A stretch of DNA of 64,000 bases from assembly GCA_035473115.1 (NCBI GenBank), contig DATION010000004.1, positions 33,126-97,125 on the forward strand. The letters are read 5' to 3'. The translations under genes were made by a program, and so were the position numbers. Numbering within the stretch: position 1 is the stretch's first letter; the number at the start of each line of letters is the position of its first letter. This DNA comes from Candidatus Udaeobacter sp. GTDB lineage: Bacteria > Patescibacteriota > Patescibacteriia > Magasanikbacterales > GWA2-37-8. The notes below the pieces were generated by a model. It made no database searches. It was given only the letters and a program-made list of their open reading frames with translations, and was not told the origin of the DNA. Below, piece after piece: positions 37,917-46,537 of this stretch.

Positions 37917-38795
37917 TTATTCTTCAATTAAATTCTTCTGATCTAAACTTGGCAAAACTTGCTTATAGTATGTTACTAATTTATCAATAGCTATGTCAAT
38001 TGACGTATAGGCAAAACCAGGAATTATATTCTGTAAGCGAGAGATATCGCAAGAATATTCTTTGGCCAAACCGCTATTAGCAATTAAAACCGGTACTTTA
38101 TAACCAATTTTTTCTAAAACCTTATCAGCTATAGTTTGCAGATCAATTGCTTCTCCCCGACCAATATTAATAAAAATTTCTTTTGGCTGCTGTAAAATAA
38201 TTTTTTCTAAAATTTGCACAAAATCATCTATAAACAGATAATCAAAATTTACATTCTGCCGCATCGTAATCGGTTTATGAAGCAAGGCCCGGCAAATAGC
38301 GTTGGAAATAAATCTAATTTCATAGTCTTCGTACTTACCAAAAACGGCAAACAACCGCAGATGGGTAATATAATCTACTTTGGCCGCATATTGGGCGCAA
38401 ACATATTTATACAATCCATATTCATCTTTGGGAACATGCTTATCAAAATCAGTTTCTTTCACATTTACTAACGACTCTTGTTTATCATATTCCGCTCCGG
38501 AACCAAGTGTAATCATCCGTTTAAAAAATGGTTTGGCGCGAACCAAATTAAAAAACATTTTTAAATTAATATGAGTAATACCAAAAACATGCTGCTGTTT
38601 GCGCGTACCGCCGATATTGGCTGCGTGCACCACAACATCTACGGGATTTTTCTGCAAAAAATTATATACCGCTTCACTGTCGGTCAAATCTAATTCAGAA
38701 TGGGTCGGTGCAATAATCTCAAACTTGTCTCCAAGCTGTTCTTTTATGTTGCGGCCGATAAATCCGTTACCGCCGGTTAAAAATATCTTAAGCAT
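37917..38795 (-). CDS. NAD(P)-dependent sugar epimerase/reductase (SDR; RfbS/YerF-like candidate reductase)
   Basis: MLKIFLTGGNGFIGRNIKEQL and YGLYK (YxxxK). Length is 292 aa. It lies immediately downstream of the ThDP enzyme. Confidence 0.55.
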   Translation of the reverse strand: MLKIFLTGGNGFIGRNIKEQLGDKFEIIAPTHSELDLTDSEAVYNFLQKNPVDVVVHAANIGGTRKQQHVFGITHINLKMFFNLVRAKPFFKRMITLGSGAEYDKQESLVNVKETDFDKHVPKDEYGLYKYVCAQYAAKVDYITHLRLFAVFGKYEDYEIRFISNAICRALLHKPITMRQNVNFDYLFIDDFVQILEKIILQQPKEIFINIGRGEAIDLQTIADKVLEKIGYKVPVLIANSGLAKEYSCDISRLQNIIPGFAYTSIDIAIDKLVTYYKQVLPSLDQKNLIEE

Positions 38796-38796
38796 A

Positions 38797-40611
38797 TTAT
38801 TGTTTCTTAGGCGGTGTTTTGACTATCATATTTTCGTTCAATTCTTCTTGACTCAAGAACGGAAACATATTTTCATAAGGATTAGAAATCATTTTACCAT
38901 CCGGACCTTTTTCCGAAGTTACTCGCGGAATCAGCAATTGCCATTCCGGAGTCATCACATCACAAATTACCGGACCGTCATAATCCAAAACTTCTTTTAT
39001 TTTAGCATCAACTTCATCTACCGAAGAAATGCGTACACCTTTGATGCCATATACTTCGGCCAACTTAACAGAATCCGGACACCACACGCCAGACGCCGGA
39101 CTTTCGCCAATCATCCGACCTTCAAAAAAATTACGCTGCGTATGACGCATTAACAAGTAACCGTTATTATTAAAGATAAAAATTTTTAACGGCAAATTAT
39201 TTATTTTGACTGTGGCGAGTTCCTGTAAATTCATCTGCAAACTGCCGTCGCCGGTAATAACAATTGTTGGCTTGCGGTCGGCGGCCACACAAGCGCCAAT
39301 GCCAGCTACCCAATAACCCATTGTCGAGATACCGCCGGTAGTCAGAAAACGCTGCTGTGGTTTTATTTTCCAAGTTTGAGCCGCCACATGAAAACAAGAT
39401 CCGGTATCAACCAAAATATTGGCACCAATTGGAGCCAACTCGCTTAACCGATCGGTAAAATAATAAGAATTGACCGGTTTTTCATCTTTATACGAAGGCA
39501 AAACAACCGGATATTTTTTCTTCCAATTCTGACAAATTGCCAGCCATTGCGGTCTTTCAATTTCTGATTTACTATCGGCATATTTAGCCAGTTCAACCAA
39601 AAATTGTTTGGCATCAGCCAAAACCGGCAAAACTATATTCAAATCCGGCTTATCTAATTCTTTCTGATCAATATCAATAATAATTTTTTCGGCATTACGG
39701 CCAAAATCTTTGACATTATAACCGGTAAGAGAAACTGTGAGACGAGAACCGATAGCAATAATCAAATCTGCGTTCTGCACGGCAAAATTAGCAGAGCGTT
39801 CACCGTAAGTTCCCGGCCGGCCAATATAAAGCGGATGATCACTAGTAATAATATCTAAACCTAAGCGAGACGTAAGCAGCGGAATTTTTATTTTTTTAAT
39901 AACATCTTCAAAAGCTGCTATACCACCCGACAACCTGACTCCTTGGCCAAAAATAAACAGGGGTCTTTCTGCTTTAGCGATCCGCTCATAAACAGCAACT
40001 ACTTTTTCTAATAACTCTTTTGATGGTTCAGCTGATTGTATTTCAGTTTTTTCGGTAAAAGAATAAGCATCAATAACTGATTGCGGCACTTCGCTGCGCT
40101 GCATATCAACCGGCACTTCAATCCAAACTGGACCGGGGCGACCGGTGGTAACTTGCCGCCAAACTTCGGCTAGATATTCACCGATCCGAGCCGGATCATC
40201 GACTGTGACAAAATATTTGGTTATGGGAGTAACCATCTTACGAATACTAATCCCCTGCACGCCAAATTGGCGAATATCGGTCTTTTCGGCATACTGCACT
40301 ATAGATAAATTTGATTGTCCGGAAATCACAATCATTGGTGATGAATCTACCCACGCGCCCACTACGCCATTTAAAGCGTTAACTGCTCCCGGTCCGGCAG
40401 TGACCATAGCTATCGCCGGCTTATTGGCTACCCTCCCATAAGCCTCAGCAGCCATAGTGGCAGCTTGCTCATGCAACGGACAGATATAATGAAAATTTTT
40501 ATTCTTGGCAACTGCATCATTTAAAAACATGGCATGTCCGCCGGTAATAGTGAACACTTCGGTTACGCCGCGCTCGCCAAAATATTTGAAAATAAAATCT
40601 GCAACATTCAT
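38797..40611 (-). CDS. thiamine-diphosphate-dependent enzyme of the acetolactate synthase large-subunit family (YerE-like candidate sugar C-branching enzyme)
   Basis: 604 aa. N-terminal TPP-enzyme Pyr domain (VTEVFTITGGHAMFLNDA...VTAGPGAVNALNGVVGAW) and C-terminal ThDP motif GDGSLQMNLQELATV...NNNGY. Confidence 0.7.
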   Translation of the reverse strand: MNVADFIFKYFGERGVTEVFTITGGHAMFLNDAVAKNKNFHYICPLHEQAATMAAEAYGRVANKPAIAMVTAGPGAVNALNGVVGAWVDSSPMIVISGQSNLSIVQYAEKTDIRQFGVQGISIRKMVTPITKYFVTVDDPARIGEYLAEVWRQVTTGRPGPVWIEVPVDMQRSEVPQSVIDAYSFTEKTEIQSAEPSKELLEKVVAVYERIAKAERPLFIFGQGVRLSGGIAAFEDVIKKIKIPLLTSRLGLDIITSDHPLYIGRPGTYGERSANFAVQNADLIIAIGSRLTVSLTGYNVKDFGRNAEKIIIDIDQKELDKPDLNIVLPVLADAKQFLVELAKYADSKSEIERPQWLAICQNWKKKYPVVLPSYKDEKPVNSYYFTDRLSELAPIGANILVDTGSCFHVAAQTWKIKPQQRFLTTGGISTMGYWVAGIGACVAADRKPTIVITGDGSLQMNLQELATVKINNLPLKIFIFNNNGYLLMRHTQRNFFEGRMIGESPASGVWCPDSVKLAEVYGIKGVRISSVDEVDAKIKEVLDYDGPVICDVMTPEWQLLIPRVTSEKGPDGKMISNPYENMFPFLSQEELNENMIVKTPPKKQ

Positions 40612-40623
40612 ATAATGAAAAAG

Positions 40624-41643
40624 TTATGATTCTTTTTTAAATTTGGCTAATTCCATGGCTACTTCGACCACTATATCTTCCTGACCGCCGACCACTCGAC
40701 GCTTGCCTAATTCCATAAAAATATCCCGCGGATCAACCTTAAATCTTTCGGCCGCGCGCTTTACGGGCAAAGTAAAAACAGAAAACACTCCGGCCAAGCC
40801 GCTAGCAATAGTTATTGAATCAATTTCTAACGGTTTTTTAATAAAACCGGCCACAATTTGATCGCTCACATCCATTAAAATATTTAAGTTAACTGGAATC
40901 TGATAACCCATTTTTTTAAGCAGAGCTAATAACACTTCAATTGGACAATTACCGGCTCCTGGCCCAAAACCGCGCAAAGTTCCATCAATTATGCTGGCGC
41001 CTACTTCTAAAGCCATCCAAGTATGAGCCACAGCCATGCCTAAATTATTATGAGCATGAAAGCCAACTGGCACAGCTAAATTTTCTACTAAATAACTAAT
41101 TGTTTCTTTGACCAAAGCTGGAGTGGAAGCGCCGGCTGAATCCATAATAATAATGCCTTGCGCGCCATAACTGACCATTTTCTTGGCTTCTTCTAGCAAT
41201 CGTTCTTTGGTTGTCATGTGGTACATCATCAAAACTCCGTAAACTTCTTTGCCCGCTTTGGCTACATAGCTTATGTATTGCTGGGTAACATCAGCTTCCG
41301 TGCAGTGCGAAGCCACACAAACCAAATCAACGCCAAGTTCTATGGCTGGGGCAAGATCGTTTTTAATTGTACCAAAACCGGGCAATAAAAAAATACCTAA
41401 TTTGGCCTGTTTTAATTGTTTGCGGGCCGTTGCCAGTAATTCCAAATCTGGAGTGGCCGAAATACCAACCTGCAAAGATGAAGCGCCGATGCCATTGCCG
41501 TGTCCGACAATAACTACATATTCTCCGCCTTTATCAATAGCGCGGCAATATTTTTCCACCTGATCAACAGTTAATTGGTGCGATATCGCATGCTGACCAT
41601 CACGCAGAGTGGAATCAAAAACCATTAAATCTTTCATAAACAA
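40624..41643 (-). CDS. 4-hydroxy-2-oxovalerate aldolase-like (DmpG/BphI family, HMGL-like TIM barrel)
   Basis: DSTLRDGQHAISHQLTVDQV aligns to the DmpG DVTLRDGSHAIRHQYTLDDV. GFHAHNNLGMAVAHT metal-binding block. Length is 339 aa. Confidence 0.7.
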   Translation of the reverse strand: MFMKDLMVFDSTLRDGQHAISHQLTVDQVEKYCRAIDKGGEYVVIVGHGNGIGASSLQVGISATPDLELLATARKQLKQAKLGIFLLPGFGTIKNDLAPAIELGVDLVCVASHCTEADVTQQYISYVAKAGKEVYGVLMMYHMTTKERLLEEAKKMVSYGAQGIIIMDSAGASTPALVKETISYLVENLAVPVGFHAHNNLGMAVAHTWMALEVGASIIDGTLRGFGPGAGNCPIEVLLALLKKMGYQIPVNLNILMDVSDQIVAGFIKKPLEIDSITIASGLAGVFSVFTLPVKRAAERFKVDPRDIFMELGKRRVVGGQEDIVVEVAMELAKFKKES

Positions 41644-41648
41644 CCAAT

Positions 41649-42524
41649 TTATTTATTTGCAATTTTTTTCTTGGCATATTCTTCCGCTACTCGAATGGCA
41701 GCGCAAGTAATAATATCTAAATTACCGGCATAAGCGGGAAGAAAATCACCGCGACCAATAACTTCAATAGTAATAGTGACTTTTCCATTTTCAGCTATTG
41801 GGCCAATAGCCAAACGATAGCCAGGTACATACTGCTGGATAGCGGCAGCTACTTCATTTATTTTTTTGGTTAGAGCTTCAATGTTCGGCTCGGGAATAAG
41901 GGCATAAAGCGTATTATGCATTAAAATCGGCGGTTCAACCGGATTGAGAATCAAAATGGCTTTGGCTTCGGGCACACCAGAAAATTTTTTTAAAGCATCA
42001 GTGGTTGTCTGAATATATTCTTCCAGATTTGCTCTAGTACCGGAGCCGGCCGATTTGGAAGCAATACTGCCGACAACTTCAATATATTTTGTTTCCGGAT
42101 GCACGTCCATTATTGCTTTGGCAATTGGAATCAGCGTCTGACCACCGCAAGTTACCAGATTAACATTAGCAGCTTCCAAAGCTTGATCTAAATTTATGGC
42201 CGGCACGCACATCAGACCGATTCTGGAAGGAGTAAGATCAATGGTAAATTTTTTTAAATTTTTTAAAATCACCGCATGCTCGGCATGATAGGCCGCGCTG
42301 GTAGTATCAAAAACAATTTCACAGCAATTTGGATTGTCGGTTATAAACTTGATGGAGTCAAATGAAGTTGGAACGCCCAAATCCTTTGCTCGGCTAATTC
42401 CTTCGGAATCTTTGTTTCTGCCGGTAAAAATGCCGCACTCCAATATTTCGGAACGATTTACTTTATATAATAAATCACTGCCAATATTTCCAGTACCAAT
42501 TATACCTACCTTAACTTTAGTCAT
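41649..42524 (-). CDS. acetaldehyde dehydrogenase (acylating), DmpF/MhpF family
   Basis: MTKVKVGIIGTGNIGSDLLYKV, NLVTCGGQTLIP (catalytic Cys) and SKSAGSGTRANLEEY all match DmpF closely. Length is 291 aa. Confidence 0.8.
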   Translation of the reverse strand: MTKVKVGIIGTGNIGSDLLYKVNRSEILECGIFTGRNKDSEGISRAKDLGVPTSFDSIKFITDNPNCCEIVFDTTSAAYHAEHAVILKNLKKFTIDLTPSRIGLMCVPAINLDQALEAANVNLVTCGGQTLIPIAKAIMDVHPETKYIEVVGSIASKSAGSGTRANLEEYIQTTTDALKKFSGVPEAKAILILNPVEPPILMHNTLYALIPEPNIEALTKKINEVAAAIQQYVPGYRLAIGPIAENGKVTITIEVIGRGDFLPAYAGNLDIITCAAIRVAEEYAKKKIANK

Positions 42525-42545
42525 AGCTTATAACGGTAATCAATC

Positions 42546-43502
42546 TTATAAGATCTCTTTATACCAAGCCAAAGTCTCTAAAACTCCTCGCTTTAAACTA
42601 TACTTTGATTTCCAGCCAAGAATTTTTTCCGCTTTAGAAAAATTTAAACTCTGTTTTAGAATTTCATTTTTTTGATTGTTTACTATTTTATATTCAACTT
42701 TTTTACCGGCTATTTTAGAAACTTCTTTTATTAGTTCCAAAACTGAAAAATTAAATCCGGAACTAAAATTAAAGGCCTCGCCTTTGGCCTTGTCCATCTG
42801 CTCGGCCAAACAGATATATCCGTCCACCACATCTTTTACATAAACATAATCACGAGTAAACGTGCCGTCACTTCTTAGTTCTAAAACTTCATTCTTTATT
42901 ATCGCTTTCATGATACCCGGAATAATCCGATTAAAATTTAAATCTCCCGGACCAAAAATATTTCCGAAGCGAGAAATTGTTACCGGTAAATTATATGTTT
43001 TAGCATAAGTGAGTGCCAAAAGATCGGTGCAAGATTTGGAAACATCGTATGGATGGTCACCACGCAGCGGCTGAGTTTCTAACGCGGACAGACAATCTTT
43101 ACCATAGGCTTTGTCGCTTGAAGCGACAATAACTCCATTGATACGCGGCGACATTCTGGCAGCTTCCAAAATATGAAGCGTGCCCATAATGTTGGTGGCC
43201 AAAGTTTCATAAGGATTTACAAAAGCAGTCGCCACAATCGGCTGAGCGGCAATGTGAAATATAAAATTTACTTCGTATTTAGTAATAATATCGGCAATTC
43301 GTTCTTTATCCTTCAAATCACCGTTGGCCATTATTACTTTGCTGTCAAATTTATTTTTAAAAAAATAAGCTTGCGGATCACGGCTGCGCGACAAAACAAC
43401 GATACGTCCGGTATCCATTGATAAAAGACGTTCCACTAAATGAGAACCAACCAGTCCAGTGCCTCCGGTTACTAAGATATTTTTACCTTTAAGCTTAGAC
43501 AT
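42546..43502 (-). CDS. rfbG: CDP-glucose 4,6-dehydratase
   Basis: Start trimmed to the ATG at 43502, 10 nt after the rfbF stop. HIAAQPIV, SSDKAYG, HPYDVSKSCTDLL and RFGNIFGPGD blocks match RfbG/DdhB. Confidence 0.7.
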   Translation of the reverse strand: MSKLKGKNILVTGGTGLVGSHLVERLLSMDTGRIVVLSRSRDPQAYFFKNKFDSKVIMANGDLKDKERIADIITKYEVNFIFHIAAQPIVATAFVNPYETLATNIMGTLHILEAARMSPRINGVIVASSDKAYGKDCLSALETQPLRGDHPYDVSKSCTDLLALTYAKTYNLPVTISRFGNIFGPGDLNFNRIIPGIMKAIIKNEVLELRSDGTFTRDYVYVKDVVDGYICLAEQMDKAKGEAFNFSSGFNFSVLELIKEVSKIAGKKVEYKIVNNQKNEILKQSLNFSKAEKILGWKSKYSLKRGVLETLAWYKEIL

Positions 43503-43512
43503 GTAAAAAGAA

Positions 43513-44310
43513 TTAGTTTTCCCAAATTTTCCAAAATGGATCTTTCTGCCAATGCTCATTCATCTCTTCAACTTCTTTGTAAGTATCCATGCATTTCCAT
43601 TTTCCTTCATGCTTATAGACAGACAACTCGCCTTTTTCGGCCAGTGGGGCAAAAATTGATTCTACCATTGAATCCGGAGTCAGCAGATCCAAAGCTTCCG
43701 GTTTTAATACCATAAAGCCGCCATTGATAAAATCATTGGCTTGCTCTTCGTATCTGTTTTGGTTAGTTACTTTGTGCTGAAAAAAATCAACGGCTTTTTT
43801 GGTATTATGATCTATATTTAAAAAGCCAAAACGATGGGTTGGCCGCACAGCTGTAATGGTAGCGGCAGTATTTTGCTGTTTATGAAAATCAACCAGCTCT
43901 TTAACATTGATATCGGCCACGCCGTCCCCGTAAGTTATCATGAAATCTTCGTTGGGATTTAAATATTGCTTTAAGCGGCGAATGCGCTCGCCGGTTAAAC
44001 TATTTAAGCCGGTTTCCGCAAAAGTTATTTTAAAATCATCGCAATCATTGTTATGAAAAACTAAGCCATTATCTTTGGTACTCAAAGTAAAATCATTCAG
44101 CAGACTGCGCCAATTCAAAAAATATTCTTTGATCATGTTGCCTTTATAACCAAGAGCCAAAATAAAATCATTGTAGCCATAATGGGCATATATCTTCATG
44201 ATATGCCATAGAATTGGCTTGCCGCCAACTTCTACCAATGGTTTTGGTTTAAATTCAGTCTCTTCTTTCATGCGGGTACCAGTGCCGCCGCAGAGAATTA
44301 TTGTCTTCAT
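43513..44310 (-). CDS. rfbF: glucose-1-phosphate cytidylyltransferase
   Basis: MKTIILCGGTGTRMKEETEFKPKPLVEVGGKPILWHIMKIYAHYG...ITYGDGVADIN is a near-canonical RfbF/DdhA sequence. Length is 265 aa. Confidence 0.85.
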   Translation of the reverse strand: MKTIILCGGTGTRMKEETEFKPKPLVEVGGKPILWHIMKIYAHYGYNDFILALGYKGNMIKEYFLNWRSLLNDFTLSTKDNGLVFHNNDCDDFKITFAETGLNSLTGERIRRLKQYLNPNEDFMITYGDGVADINVKELVDFHKQQNTAATITAVRPTHRFGFLNIDHNTKKAVDFFQHKVTNQNRYEEQANDFINGGFMVLKPEALDLLTPDSMVESIFAPLAEKGELSVYKHEGKWKCMDTYKEVEEMNEHWQKDPFWKIWEN

Positions 44311-44399
44311 AATTATAGTTAAGTGAGAGAAAAGGTCGTTGGCGAACTTTTCCGAACGGACTGTAATTATATGGGCTTTAGCCCATATTAAAGATAACT

Positions 44400-46454
44400 T
44401 TATTTTTTCTTAGTCTTAACCGGAGTAGTTGTAGGCACAGGAGCTAAAATTTGAGCTACCGTTGATGCTTCTGTCGGATTAAATGTAACTCCGTTTTTGG
44501 CTGCTAAATCAATAACTTCTTTTGCCTTATCCATCTGGCCTACCAATCTGTATACATAAGCCAAACGCCAATAGCTTTCACTGACATTAGGATCATCTTC
44601 AATTGTCTGCTTAAGGTATTTTACCGAATCATCAGTTCTGCCAATCTGCAAATAAAAATTTGCCAGATTATAAATAACCTGCTGACGCTTTGGTGAATAT
44701 TTTAAGGCGATTTCTAAATTATCACCATATTGAGCGACATACTTTAGATCATTTGTTAGAGAATAACCAACCTGACTCAATTGGCTTAAAGTCAGATAAT
44801 TTCTGATATCATAGGGATGCAAAACAATATTGGCTTGTAAAGCTTCTTGGGCTATGTTAAACATTTCCAAATTTTTATCTTTGCCAAGCTTGTTATCACT
44901 GCTGCTCAATACCTGAGCAACTGTGCGTGCCAGATCGCTGCGAATATCATCTATATGAGGCGAGTTAAAGGCCAAGGCTGTTTTCATTAAATCTATTCCT
45001 GTTAAAGGCTGGTAGCTTAGGTACTTGAGAGCATCCAAGGTTTTCATATTGGCTCTGGCAGGCTGGATATCAAAAATAAATACCAAAAATAAAATTACTA
45101 TTCCGGTGCTGACCATAGAGCCGGTGCCAATAGTTTTATTTGGATAAATAACCGGATTTTTAGCTGGCTCTGCCGGCAGCATTGATAAACTTATTATCAT
45201 TGCCAACCAAAACATAAAATATAAATATGAAGTTGGATTCTCAAAAACTGTCACGCTCTGTACAAGATGAGCCGCCAAGAAAGAAACTCCAATTACCACA
45301 ATATGCAAATCTAAAGATCTCTTTTTTCTGGCAACTACTAAAACAGCTACAGCCGCTCCGAAAATAGAAAGATAACTGATCAAACCAACCGCACCCTGTA
45401 CGGCCAAAGTGTTTACAATAATATTGTGAGCATTATCAAACCAAGTTTCTCCATAACCAAACTCCAAAGACTTTGGTTGATAATATTTATTAAAGGCATA
45501 AAAGAAGTTATTTGGACCCCAGCCAAATAACGGCTTCTCTTTCCAACTCTCTACAGCCGCTTTCCAAGCCAGCCAACGAGCACTGTTTTGGATACTGGCA
45601 AAAGAAGTATTTATTGTACGATTAACAGCCGGGATTTTTTGCACAAAACTTGTTTGTCTAAAAGCATAAAGCAAAGCAATGACTGCCACGCCAAATATTG
45701 CTAGACCCAAAAGAACTTTTCTGGTCTTAGGGAAGTCGCGCAAAACAAATATATATCCAACTACCGCTACAGCCATACCCACGATCAAACCGAGCATGGA
45801 TCCGCGCGTACCACTGAAAAACATGCCTAATATCGCCAGCGCTCCCGCAGCCGCTTCTATATATTTCCAATTTTTATTTTTCTCTTTAATAAAAAGCAGG
45901 AAGGAAACAAAAGTCAAAAATAAACCATAACCACCGACATAGATGGAATTTCCTAAAGTGCTGGCAACACGGTCACTGCCGCCGTTTAATAACATATCCG
46001 GTTTAAAAATCTGTAAAACACCGACAATCATAACGAGCGAGCCGGCAGATAAAAATATTTTTAAAGCTTTATTCCAATCTGTCCAATCTTTAAGAACAGC
46101 ACTGCAGATAAAATAATAGGCAATATAATGAAAAATTGTAAAAAGACCCAACATTCTTTCGTGGTTATCCCAAAAACTGTGGTAAGGATCAACGCCGACA
46201 AAAGTAGAAATGGCAAAGCTAATTAAAAAAACAAATAAAGCGATATTTAGGGCTGAAAACTTTGGTTTGAACTCCTGCCAATTGATGCACAATAATAAAA
46301 TATAACAACCGATCATTAAAGTGACTAGCGATCGGAAAAGCAATATTTTAGGGACGATAAAAGGAAAAATAAAAGAAGCTGGCAGTACTACCAAAGGAAC
46401 AAAAAAAGTGGCATAAATCAAAAACTTGGTTGCTTTCAAAATAGTCTGTTTCAT
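44400..46454 (-). CDS. O-antigen ligase/PglL-like (Wzy_C) polytopic membrane protein with C-terminal TPR repeats
   Basis: 684 aa with about 12 TM helices, including an FFSGTRGSMLGLIVG segment. The C-terminal ~200 aa has TPR-like repeats (YYLQIGRTDDSVKYLKQTIEDDP...YWRLAYVYRLVGQMDKA). Confidence 0.6.
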   Translation of the reverse strand: MKQTILKATKFLIYATFFVPLVVLPASFIFPFIVPKILLFRSLVTLMIGCYILLLCINWQEFKPKFSALNIALFVFLISFAISTFVGVDPYHSFWDNHERMLGLFTIFHYIAYYFICSAVLKDWTDWNKALKIFLSAGSLVMIVGVLQIFKPDMLLNGGSDRVASTLGNSIYVGGYGLFLTFVSFLLFIKEKNKNWKYIEAAAGALAILGMFFSGTRGSMLGLIVGMAVAVVGYIFVLRDFPKTRKVLLGLAIFGVAVIALLYAFRQTSFVQKIPAVNRTINTSFASIQNSARWLAWKAAVESWKEKPLFGWGPNNFFYAFNKYYQPKSLEFGYGETWFDNAHNIIVNTLAVQGAVGLISYLSIFGAAVAVLVVARKKRSLDLHIVVIGVSFLAAHLVQSVTVFENPTSYLYFMFWLAMIISLSMLPAEPAKNPVIYPNKTIGTGSMVSTGIVILFLVFIFDIQPARANMKTLDALKYLSYQPLTGIDLMKTALAFNSPHIDDIRSDLARTVAQVLSSSDNKLGKDKNLEMFNIAQEALQANIVLHPYDIRNYLTLSQLSQVGYSLTNDLKYVAQYGDNLEIALKYSPKRQQVIYNLANFYLQIGRTDDSVKYLKQTIEDDPNVSESYWRLAYVYRLVGQMDKAKEVIDLAAKNGVTFNPTEASTVAQILAPVPTTTPVKTKKK

Positions 46455-46537
46455 ACTTGATTCTTAATATTATGTTAAAATCGTCCTCATAATTCTAGCT
46501 ATTTTTAACTTCATTGTCAAATAACAATAACAATATT

